64,000 nt of DNA from Macrostomum lignano (lineage: Eukaryota). Under the pieces are notes generated by a model. That model was not told the origin of the DNA. It saw only the letters and a list, made by a program, of their open reading frames with translations, and did no database searches. Both the position numbers and the translations under genes were made by a program. The stretch spans positions 124,001-188,000 of the forward strand of contig NIVC01000701.1 of NCBI GenBank assembly GCA_002269645.1, read 5' to 3'. Below, piece by piece: positions 1 through 24,039 of the stretch. Position 1 is the first letter of the stretch. Every line of letters starts with the position of its first letter.

Positions 1-298
1 AGCGGGCAGCTGGTAGCAGTAGTGCGCCAACAGGTGAATAAAAGCGTACAGCATCAGACAGCGCGCCACAGCGCCTTCAATACGACGTCGCCGAGCATTG
101 GCCGGACAAATTGAGCGCAAGAACAAATTGATTACAAAGGCCAAAATGTACGGACTAGCCAGCAGGGATGGGGAACAGACGGCCGCGGCGCACATTAGCG
201 CCAGATGGAAGATGCGCGAGCCGCCGCAGGCAGTGAATCGAAGCAGCAGGCTGTTGTAGGCATCGGCTTCTGGTGATGACGTGGAAGACGAAGCTTCT

Positions 299-330
<32 letters not shown>

Positions 331-1972
331 CCTCTGGAAGCAGTCGCGACGGCGCGAACGGACAGTGGCCAGCAGGACACAGGCAGCCAGCAGAAGGAGC
401 GGGTCAGGCAGCAGGAGACGAGCGGCGTCGTGCGGTTCGGCATTGTCCAGGCGCTGCAGGCCGATCAGGCGCCACTTCTGATCGATTTGGCCTGGCGAGG
501 GGCAGCGGTCAGGTGGGGCTGACTAATTGGTCAGATGGGGCAGGCTGGCTAATTGGTCAGGTGGGAATGCTGTCTAATTGATCAGGTGGTGGTTAGCTAA
601 TTGGTCAGGTGGGGCTGGCCTGGCTAATTGGTCAGGTGGGGATGCTGTCTAATTGATCAGGTGGTGGTTAGCTAATTGATCAGGTGGTGGTTAGCTAATT
701 GGTCAGATGGGGCTGGCCTGGTTAATTGGTCAGGTGGGGCTGGCCTGGCTAATTGGTCAGGTGGGGATGCTGTCTAATTGATCAGGTGGTGGTGAGCTAA
801 TTGGTCAGATGGGGCTGGCCTGGTTAATTGGTCAGGTGGGGCTGGCCTGGCTAATTGGTCAGGTGGGGATGCTGTCTAATTGATCAGGTGGTGGTTAGCT
901 AATTGGTCAGGTGGGGCTGGCTAATTGGTCAGGTGGGGATGCTGTCTAATTGATCAGGTGGTGGTTAGCTAATTGGTCAGGTGGGGCTGGCTAATTGGTC
1001 AGGTGGGGATGCTGTCTAATTGATCAGGTGGTGGTTAGCTAATTGGTCAGGTGGGGCTGGCTAATTGGTCACGTGGGGATGCTGTCTAATTGATCAGGTG
1101 GTGGTTAGCTAATTGGTCAGGTGGGGCTGGCCTGGCTAATTGGTCAGATGGGGCTGGCTAATTGGTCAGGTGGGGCTGGCCTGGCTAATTGGTCAGGTGG
1201 GGCTGGCCTGGCTAATTGGTCAGGTGGGGCTGGCCTGGCTAATTGGTCAGGTGGGGCTGGCCTGGCTAATTGGTCAGGTGGGGCTGGCCTGGCTAATTGG
1301 TCAGGTGGGGCTGGCCTGGCTAATTGGTCAGGTGGGGCTGGCCTGGCTAATTGTTCAGATGGGGCTGGCTAATTGGTCAGGTGGGGATGCTGTCTAATTG
1401 ATCAGGCGGTGGTTAGCTAATTGGTCAGATGGGGCTGGCCTGGCTAATTGGTCAGGTTGGGCTGGCTAATAATAGGGCTAGACAATAAGTGTAAAAGCAT
1501 TGATAAAAATAGGTTTATTGACGCAAGCCATCACTTACAGTCATTCACAAGGCGCCCATAAGGTGGGTTGACAGCTAGTACAGTTTGAAAGGCTGCACTA
1601 GACAGTGCAAAAATGCCACTGCAGACAATTAAAATAGCATTGTAGAGCAAAAATGAGTCTAAAAAGCAATTAACAAACAATTATGTGAAGGTCAGTTATA
1701 ATACAATTCCCAAATCAATGCATTTAAATTTTAACTTACATTCCTTGCTAAAGGATACAAATGGACTTAGAAGTAGAAATAAAAGGTACACCAATGAGAA
1801 TAGATTGTATCGAATTAAACAGCCTAAAATTATAAAGATGAAGGTTGTTTAATGTTTTTAATTTATTGAATTTTAAATCAACTAACAGTATGTAGTGAAA
1901 AGACTTACCAATAAATAGAAAGAGCTGAATTAATCCTTTGCTTAAGAGTAGGATTTTCTTTATTCTCACCAT
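1..1972 (-). CDS. PIEZO: Piezo mechanosensitive channel, N-terminal exons (gene continues beyond left edge)
   Basis: GT-AG exons 1972-1909 (64 nt, phase 1), 1823-1740, 1658-1539 and 491-<1 join in frame: MVRIKKILLLSKGLIQLFLFIGCLIRYNLFSLVYLLFLLLSPF...FQTVLAVNPPYG...WRLIGLQRLD...RLLLPDPLLL...SPSLLASPYIL...LYAFIHLLAHYCYQLP. This matches recalled Piezo motifs (CLLRFSGLSLVYLLFLLL, IGVTRLD..RLVAPD, HLICLYCYQ). The first exon is less certain. Confidence 0.9.
520..1468. repeat. Minisatellite, ~27-bp unit CTAATTGGTCAGGTGGGGCTGGCCTGG with variants, in Piezo intron 3
   Basis: Directly visible tandem units; explains ORFs 1121 and 1140. Confidence 0.95.
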
Positions 1973-2554
1973 TCTTTAAAATTTTTATTTGCTTAATAGC
2001 AACATTGAATTGAAAGATAAAATAACCATTTGCATGCTAATTAGGACCTGAAATTTGCAAAAAAATAGTGACAAAATATTTGATTGAATTTTTTTGTATA
2101 AATTAAGATTTTGAAACAATATTATAGACATCCATCTGATTGACTGATTTTAGCTAGGCTATCAATATCATACTATTTAGTATATTCTTTTGATTTCTAT
2201 AGTGACAATATAATATAATGGATATGTTATATATAACTAGAATAGGATGATATGCATTATATAATGTGAGATAGTATAAAAAATGATAATAGACCTTGTC
2301 TAACAGAGAAATTAGACCTTGTCAATGCTATTTACCCTAGTGACCTAGGTTAGAATACTTTATTAAGTATGGATTAGTTCTTTCATGCTATTTCTATTGC
2401 TATGATAATTATATGCTTTTGGGTCTAGCATCTAGCTTTATTCATATATCTTCTTCCAGTTTCTTTTATATATTATTTTCCAGCTTGTTTCACAATATTA
2501 TTTTCAATTTTGAATCAGTGATACAATTTAGTGTCATACCGGAACATGATATAC

Positions 2555-2873
2555 ATGGCCAAAAGGGATAGGAAATCATATAAAAAAGTGCAATTGGATA
2601 GGAACAATAGTCACTTAGTCAGACAATTAGTTATAAACTTTCTGATAAAACTTATTAAACTTGTAGCATACATATAGATTTAGTTATTAAATAGTGTTAT
2701 ATAAATAGATAGTAAAATAAAGCAGAGCTAATTTCTTCCAGAGCTAAAATAAAAGCTAGGTGGGTGGGGCTGTTTATATTTTTATTAGACTCTTAGTCTT
2801 ATACCAAGATCCACCCATAGACTTTTGACTTGCCTTATGCTAAGGACTTCTATTTCCTATCCTTTTTGGTCAT
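2555..2873. mobile_element. Decayed MITE-like element
   Basis: 22-bp inverted repeats ATGGCCAAAAGGGATAGGAAAT (2555-2576) and ATTTCCTATCCTTTTTGGTCAT (2852-2873), 2 mismatches; no clear TSD. Confidence 0.45.
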
Positions 2874-5800
2874 AGCCATCGTTTTCTAATATACTTACTA
2901 TATTCTGGCACCAATCCAAACTTGAAAATAACATTGCAAAACAAACTACAAATTTTCCATATATTGACCTTCACCATATATAATTATTTGTTAATCTTAT
3001 CTACATTTTCAATTTTTTCATTTCTATGTATATTTTATATACCAAAGCCAATTTAATAATGAACTCTTTATGCTTGCAATTTGATTACTTAAAATTTACT
3101 TTTATAATATAACTCAACTCAAGCTTGGCTTAAACAAAAAATCTTGGCTCATTGACATTGTGATTCTACAAATAATATGCTTTACCTAAGTTGTTGGTCA
3201 TTGAATTTTTGGTTGATTACCCACCCCTAAATCCAAACTTTTGGTATCCAGTCAATCTATTATAGATGCGCAACTGCCAAGCATGAAAACATGCAATGAA
3301 TAAGACAGTCATAGTTACTTTTGCCATTTGTCCAAAATTGCATTTTTGGTTAAAAAGTAAGTTGCATGGCTAATATAAATTAGGGGAGGGGTTGTGCAAA
3401 TATATAATCCAACATAGCAACAACACAATCTAGCAAGGTGGCAATAAACAATCTGGCAAAAATCAAAATGGCAATAGTCAATCTAGCAACAAAGTATACT
3501 AAAAAGCTATTAAACTAGCTATTTGACATTTAAATAGGTTAGAAGGCTTTTATAATATATTATTTATTTATTTTTAATAGTCTAGGCCTATATACAAGAG
3601 TTTGGCATTTTAAAATTTAGCAGGTTAAAAATCTGCAGCTTTTAACAGCTTTTCTTATAATGATAAAATTGCTTTGGAAAATGGGAAACTACATAAAAGA
3701 TTAAATTGATACATTTTATATTTTTCATACAGGATACAATTTGCAAAATGTAAAATGCATAATCAGATACAAAATTACCTAGCAGTTATTATCCATGTTG
3801 TAACTTAATAGGGATATCAACTGGGAAGCTCCAACAACTGTCATGTATGTAAAAAAAATTCACACTATTATATTTAAATGTTTGATGTGACACCCTAATG
3901 TGATGTGACCACCACAGCTATTACTGGCTACTGGTATTGAGGGGGAGCTACCAATCTTTTAGCATTGCTATTCCTCTCATAGGTTCCTTTCTTGCAGCCT
4001 TGTCCTACTGGCTCTCCTACCTACTTAGGGCCTATCTCCTTTCTAGCACCATCTAATAACATATTGAGCCAAATTTCTTCCCTAGCTCCCCCAAGTGTGG
4101 TAGTCTTGGTGTGTGGCGGTCTTGGTCCTACACCACTAAAAACAACATGTAAAGTTTTTTTGCATCTAAGATCTTTATAAAAATTTACTATACAAAATCT
4201 GTTGCTGGATTGTTTGTTGCCACTTTGACTGTTGCCAGATTGTCTTGTTGCCAGATTGACTGGAAGCCAAACTTTTATATACCTAGGCCTAATCTTCAAT
4301 ACTGACAAGACAATAGTCAATAGACACCATGCCTCTATTATTGAAGGTAAGTATATAAAATCAATCTCTAGGCCTATCCACAACTATGAGAATCTTTTTA
4401 CCCTAAAACCCCCCATACCTCATTCCCCAGTATTTCGCCTTAAGCTAAATATTGCAAGATTTTAAGCTAAATATCGCCTTAAGCTAACGATTATGATACT
4501 TTGGGTTGAAGCTACTTAGCTACCAAAAAGCTTAATATTATAATAATAAAAAACTATATTAATACTAAATAAGTATATAGGCCTATCACTATCAGTTCAG
4601 TTACATACTACGACTAAACATACAAATATGACTTATTATTATTAGATACACAATTGGCTGCGAGAATATTTACAAAAGCAGTAAAAGAACAACTACTGAC
4701 GACTGACAATCTTCACTGATACTCCTGATAGTGATACACGAATTCCATGATCAGTGAGAAAGAAAACTCAGCATAATAAAACGACGATTTTATTAGTTAC
4801 GTATCTGTTGCACAAAGCATGACTATTGGCACTTAAATATTTTTTTCACCCTATTTTTATCGCAAAATTTCATTGCTTGCACATGCTACTAGCGGTAGGA
4901 GTACAAAGGGCAAATATTTTGTTTAAATTTTTCATTAGAATTTTCAAAAAACTATTTTAACAGAATAGAGCGCACATTCTCTATTCTGAGTAGAAGAGTA
5001 GAAGCTGGATTTTTTAAGGTTGGAAATCCAGTTGCCAGTTTGGCCCTTGGGGGCTTAAAATGCATTTGCCAATGGCTATTTTCGGTTGCCCCATTGCAAC
5101 TAGCCAAATTCTCGAGGATGGATATTTCCAAGGCTATGTTTGAAAAGCAGAATTTTTTTCTCTCAATTCTAAGATTGCTATCTATGCTGCAAAACAATAA
5201 CAATTCCATCATATCGATTCATATGGCACTTTTATTACACTTACGAAATCATTTTTTGATATTGGCAACTGGCACAGAGATTCCTGCAATGAATAGAAGT
5301 GCAATACATGTAAACTAATAGATTCTGTGTAGTGAGCCGTACTAGCTACTAGGATTACTGTTGGTGTCTCACTCTTATAGTCAGCAGTTTCCCTCGCCCT
5401 CGCTATCTCCCTTCCCTCGCCTGAGCCTCCGCCTGCCGCAGGGCGCAGCTCTCCCTTTTTGCTCCCTGTCCCCCCGTTCCCTCTGCGCTCTGTTTTGCAG
5501 GGCTGGGCAGCTTGCCTCAGCCTGCTCTTGGTTTGCTCTGTGTAGCGGTTCAATAGTGGCTTCACTGGTGGGCCGCTTTCCCCTTGTCATGTGAGCCAGT
5601 CACACATGAATTCCTCAGTGCCCAATTGGTCCGTGTTTATGCATGGCGGAAATCACGCGCTCCTGGACCTCTGCCTTCTCTAAGGCAAAAAACCCTTCAG
5701 GTCAAGCGGCTGCAGGACCTCTCGGACGGCGTGGCGCACTTGAAACCACCAGCTGGATGTCCCGCCGCTTGGTGGTAGCGTCGCGCCATTCAGGAAGTCG

Positions 5801-7471
5801 GCGACGTCACGGTGTCGCACGGGGGCGGCGAATGTTAAAGCAATTTGAAGCAAAAAAGAAGGCGGGAGCGCATTTCAAAAAGATTTTAGAGGAAAAGGAT
5901 ATCTGGGGATAAAAACGAGAGTAGAAGTAAAAGAAAAGCGAAAACGAAAGGATAGGATAGAAAAGTGAGTCGAAATGATTAAAAAGGTAAAGGAGGATGA
6001 AATAAATGATAAATAGATACATAAAATGTAAAATGTATGATGTAGACGGGTGAAAACAGGAGCAAAAGTCAAAGGGGAAGCAAAGAGCAACGAGAGAGAA
6101 GGGCGCGTGGATACCGCGGGCGATCAGGCGAAGGCACAGGGAGGTCGACCGCGTCAGTTTTGCATCTGACGTCGGTATTCTACGTTCTTCCTACCACCCA
6201 AAGGACCACTGTACATGGCTATATACATGTACAGTACTCCTTGATACTGCCATGCCTCCGCTTTCATTATTTTAGATTTCTTAGATGCGCACATCCTTGC
6301 TGTACTGCAGCGCAAGGCCTACGCGTGGACAAGGTCGTGTGAACACGAAGCACTGGCCCGACTCATCAAAAACCGGATTAATTACTTAGTAGACCAATGG
6401 CCTACGTTAGAGGAATTAATCTCTAAAGAACAGAAACTACACTTTGATCTTAGCCAATAAGGCCGAGAAGCGATAAAGTATTTTAAATTTAAACACTTTT
6501 TTATAAAGTAACTAAGCGACATGCATATCAAAAGCCTTCGTTTTCATAGTGTCGACCGTCTCGCATCAAAAGACTTATCAAATGGTACTAAATATGAAAA
6601 GATCGCAGGAAACAAGCCAATTGCTTTTAGAAAGGCTTCTCGCTTTTTCTGTTAAAATAAATCATTGTATAAACTTTTTTCAATTCGAAACAATCCAGTT
6701 AAAAAAGAACACAATGTGACCGATTTAAATGCGCAAATAACTCTACTTTAAGTAGAATGACGCAGCTCGAACACTTGTAAGTGGTGATAGACAATTTTCA
6801 ACAAGAGGGAGGAAAACTGAGTCATCGAGATCTGGAACCTAGATGAATGGCCTTCTATAGAGAGCCTTTTTGTCAGAAGCAAGGAAGTATAGTTTTTAAT
6901 AGGATAATTAAGTAAGAAGTAAAACAGAGAGGTAAGAGGTAAGATTAACTTGGAAACTTATAGTGTCAGTTTTTATTGTCCTCCATCTGCCGGGCGGAGG
7001 AGTCCGGTATTCCATCTCATTCAAGCTGATTTAACTCTTGCATCACGTCCTCCGGAATGTCGAGAATCTCTTCTGATTCTATCTTGCGCGCAAATTCTTC
7101 GCTCAGTTCCTCCAAATACCGGCTGTTCGACTCGGATGATACCCACGCCAGCTCTTCGGTCGACATACCGGAAACCATTTCTCCCGGCAGATTGGAATAA
7201 TTAATTAAATGGTTGATCATTTTCAGAACTCAAGCACAGCTTAGTCCTGACAGATTTGAAAAATATACATTTAGCATTTTTCTAGCTCCTTCAGTTTTAC
7301 TGTCCATCTCTAGACCTGGACCATCAAAACTTCGTCTATGGCCCAGAGCTCGCAAATCAAAAGAAAGAATGGCCATAGACATTTCAACTGCATTCTATGT
7401 AATAACACAGAGCCCGGAATTTTCGACATTGATGTCTGGAAATCTCTTGCATTAATGATAATAATATAAAC

Positions 7472-7542
7472 ATTACTTTTTGCGGGGCATCAATGTAGAA
7501 TTTTGTGAGGGCAATTCTACCTTGATGCCCGCAAAAAGTAAT
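7472..7542. repeat. Near-perfect ~30-bp-arm hairpin
   Basis: ATTACTTTTTGCGGGGCATCAATGTAGAATT, 10-nt loop, AATTCTACCTTGATGCCCGCAAAAAGTAAT. Confidence 0.85.
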
Positions 7543-8860
7543 ATTAATGTTATATTAGCAAAATGAGTCAATCTAGATCAACAATGAAATCGCTTGATTA
7601 AGTTATGTTAACTGCATGATGACGGCCGGCCCAGACGCCAAGGCATGCATATTTGTTTCAAGTCTGATCCATTTTAAAGATGAATAAATTCTCCACAACT
7701 CACTTGAACTTTCAAACTTTGAACTTTCAAGTGAGTTGGTTTAGGTCTTACCAGTGGAAACTAGATTAAGAAATTCCAATAGCTACCAAACTTCTCAACT
7801 TGGAACTCGAAAAATAGTTCTGAGAAGATTTCAGACTCCAGTCTCGATGTATTAAATTAGCTAGTATTATAGCTAGTATTATAGCTATCTAAAAACCAGC
7901 TTTATTACTTATTTTTTATGGTAAGATGATTTTAACTGGAAATTTTCATAATTTCTACTTATTAGTAAACAGTCACGACTGCTGCGTTGAATATAATAAC
8001 AAAATATTGGTCTGAAAAATAGGAGATTTTCAATTAAACCGAGCGCAATATTAACGGATTGTGGCGGCGCGCGCGACACAACTCTGTACACCCGGACTGG
8101 CAAGCAGGTTTATTAAGATCAGAATAAAATATGTCAATATACTATATTGATTAAGGAACAATAACAGGCAATATGATTTGTCAAAACTTTAACGCATGCA
8201 ATAGGAGCCGAGCAATCACACTGCTCGCATTAGTATTATTGTTATGTGTACTAATACATTAACTGACATGTACACAGTGAGCCAAAGCTGACATAAACAT
8301 TCCAAGTCAGCCTATGGAACAAAGCAGTTGAAAGCATATAGAATGATTAATAAAACGGACATCCAGATAATAACTGCATATAATCAATCTATAATAACGG
8401 TAGTGCTAATCAAGAATACATTATATTAGGCCATTGCAGGAAAGCGTGAATTGAATATTATTTGTTCGCTTGTATAAACTAGGAAAGAGAAGTATTGGCC
8501 ATTACTAGACAGCTTACTGTTAGTAGAGTGAAGCGAATTTCGCTATTTTAAAATAAGCATTATTCAATTCAACAGATTGGGGAATGCCCTCTGACAGAGA
8601 AAATATTCAGGTTAAAGTTGATTCTGATGCGGATAGGAGCGCGCCTCACCCAACAGAGCAGGCAGCATTGGGGTTGGCCACAGCAGGGTGTTGAATTAGC
8701 AATGAGTTCGACACGTTTGCAAATGGTGGCTTTTCGGGAGCGTTAGTGGGTTGCTAAGGCAAAAATCAATCGGTTGGTTGCTATGGGAATCTGCGGGTTT
8801 ACAAGTAAACAGCCTGTTGCTAATGAAAATTGGTTGGTTGCTGAAAATTGGGCTTTCGGG

Positions 8861-9350
8861 TTAACTGGTTGGTAGCTAGGGTTAATTTGATGGTTGCTGG
8901 GTTAATTTGTTGGTTGCCAGGGTTAATTGGTTGGTTGCTAGGGTTAATTTTTTGGAAGCTAGGGTTAATTTGTTGGTTGCTGGGTTAATTTGTTGGTTGC
9001 CAGGGTTAATTGGTTGGTTGCTAGGGTTAATTTGTTGGAAGCTAGGGTTAATTTGTTGGTTGCTGGGTTAATTTGTTGGTTGCCAGGGTTAATTGGTTGG
9101 TTGCTAGGGTTAATTTGTTGGAAGCTAGGGTTAATTTGTTGGAAGCTAGGGTTAATTTGTTGGTTGCTGGGTTAATTTGTTGGTTGCTAGGGTTAATTTG
9201 TTGGTTGCTGGGTAATTTGGTTGGTTGCTAAGGGAAAACCACTACTTGCAAGGAAACACAGGTTGCTGGGGTAACCTCTGGCTGCTAGAGAAAATTGCTT
9301 GGTTGCTCCGGAAAACTACTTGTTACTAGGGAAAATTGGTTAGTTGCTAA
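8861..9350. repeat. Minisatellite, ~21-bp unit TTGGTTGCTAGGGTTAATTTG, just downstream of the TRAPPC11 stop
   Basis: Visible tandem units degenerating at both ends. Confidence 0.9.
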
Positions 9351-9357
9351 GTGACCG

Positions 9358-22290
<12,933 letters not shown>

Positions 22291-22399
22291 TGCGAGCTGG
22301 AGAATCGCAGTTTAGGCACTGAGATGAGTGTTGAGTTATAAATGCAGAGCGGCACAGCTTGAGAACTGGGATCTGTAGCTATAAGAAATAGTTTTTTGG

Positions 22400-23120
22400 A
22401 ATGGAGGATTGGAATTCTGGGATGTAGGATTGGGATTCTGGGATGTAGGACTGGGATTCTGGGATGTAGGATTGGGATTCTGAGATGTAGGATTGGGATT
22501 CTGGGATGTAGGATTGGAATTCTGGGATGTAGGATTGGGATTCTGGGATGTAGGATTGGGATTCTGAGATGTAGGATTGGGATTCTGGGATGTAGGATTG
22601 GGATTCTGGGATGTAGGATTGGGATTCTGGGATGTAGGATTGGGATTCTGGGATGTAGGATTGGGATTCTGGGATGTAGGATTGGGATTCTAGGATGTAG
22701 GATTGGGATTCTGGGATGTAGGATTGGGATTCTAGGATGTAGGATTGGGATTCTGGGATGTAGATTGTAGGATTGGGATTCTGGGATGTAGGATTGGGAT
22801 TCTGGGATGTAGGATTGGGATTCTGGGATGTAGGATTGGGATTCTGGGATGTAGGATTGGGATTCTGGGATGTAGGATTGGGATTCTGAGATGTAGGATT
22901 GGGATTCTGGGATGTAGGATTGGGATTCTGAGATGTAGGATTGGGATTTCGGGATGTAGGATCGGAATTCTGGGATGTAGGATTGGGATTCTTGAATGCA
23001 GGATTAGGATTCTGGGATGTAGGATTGGGATTCTGGGATGTAGGATTGGGATTCTGGGATGTAGGATTGGGATTCTAGGATGTAGGATTGGGATTCTGGG
23101 ATGTAGGATTGGAGCTGTAG
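22400..23120. repeat. Minisatellite, 21-bp unit GGATTGGGATTCTGGGATGTA
   Basis: Visible tandem units; probably inside a 5'UTR intron of TRAPPC11. Confidence 0.95.
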
Positions 23121-23614
23121 ATTGTAGAATGAAATCAATGTTTTGGTTTAGGTCTTGGAATTTGGGTTTCTGGGAAGAGTTGGGATTCAGGGACGAATAA
23201 TTCCGATTGTACGATGAAGGGCTCTGAGATTCTGAAATTCTGTAAAGCAATGGTGAAATCCAGGTGAAAAAAGCAAGAGCAAAATCCAAGCTACAAGTTC
23301 TCGATGCCGGATAGAAAAAAAATATAAAACAACGTTTAATAAAATGAATATCGAGTAAAGCTTTGGGAACAGTAAAATGACGAGACGCGGTTTAAAAAAG
23401 TTAAATTTAGCAAACACTTAACAGAATAAAAGCACAAGCAGCACAATTATTACCTGGTAACTTAGCTAAGTAAAATTTGCAGACAGAAATGCAACAGAAA
23501 ACGACACAACAGCCAAAAAAGAAGACTTTGAGAATGATACAACTGTGAGTCTTCTCTGTGTCCAGGACTTGGAACAGGAACTGCCAAGCATTGGATACAC
23601 ACACACGCACTCAC

Positions 23615-23670
23615 AAATTCACTTTCGTGTTGAGCCAGCTAACCGAAAACAAGCAGGCGATCCGTGCGTC
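23615..23670 (-). other. Possible non-coding first exon / promoter of TRAPPC11
   Basis: Minus strand GGTGACGCA (CRE-like), then donor AATTT|GTGAGT at 23614; an acceptor TTCTCCAG| at 22297 lies 6 nt before the ATG. Inference only. Confidence 0.3.
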
Positions 23671-24039
23671 ACCACGCAAGACAAAAATAAACTTCCACAT
23701 CCTGCTCACTGACTAGGGTCACTAACGAGTGTATCCTCTATAGGCAGGAACAAATTAAAACTGTAAGCACACAAATTTAATCCAGATTTTGTGAAAGTCT
23801 TTTAGCTACCGGCAATAAAAGTGTAGAACAAAAAATTTAATTAAGATAAAAGATAGCTTTGCTGACTAGAAGTTTTAAAAAAACAGCTAACACTAATACT
23901 ATGAGGACAGAATTTTGAAAAAAGCACTGGACAAAATACGGAACAAAAACCAAAATTTGTCAGTACGAAATTCCACAACGTCCAACAAATTTTTAAGCGA
24001 TTATTATGTTAAACAGACACCACGAAACACGCTTGTCGC

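Noticed and set aside
273-581. Plus-strand ORFs with signal-peptide-like poly-Ala/Leu starts
   Set aside because: They are the antisense shadow of the Piezo exon and its CAG/CAA tract.
5584-5912. GC-rich short ORFs between Piezo and TRAPPC11
   Set aside because: No recognisable motif or consistent splice signals.
8861-9230. TAGGGTTA-containing array (and CCCTAA-like units near 56770-56805) as interstitial telomere
   Set aside because: No run of pure TTAGGG; only part of a longer unit, or 2-3 degenerate copies.
23190-23545. Plus-strand exon-like segments (MKGSEILKFCKAMVKS; RNATENDTTAKKED)
   Set aside because: No coherent gene model or homology; may be chance splice-like signals.
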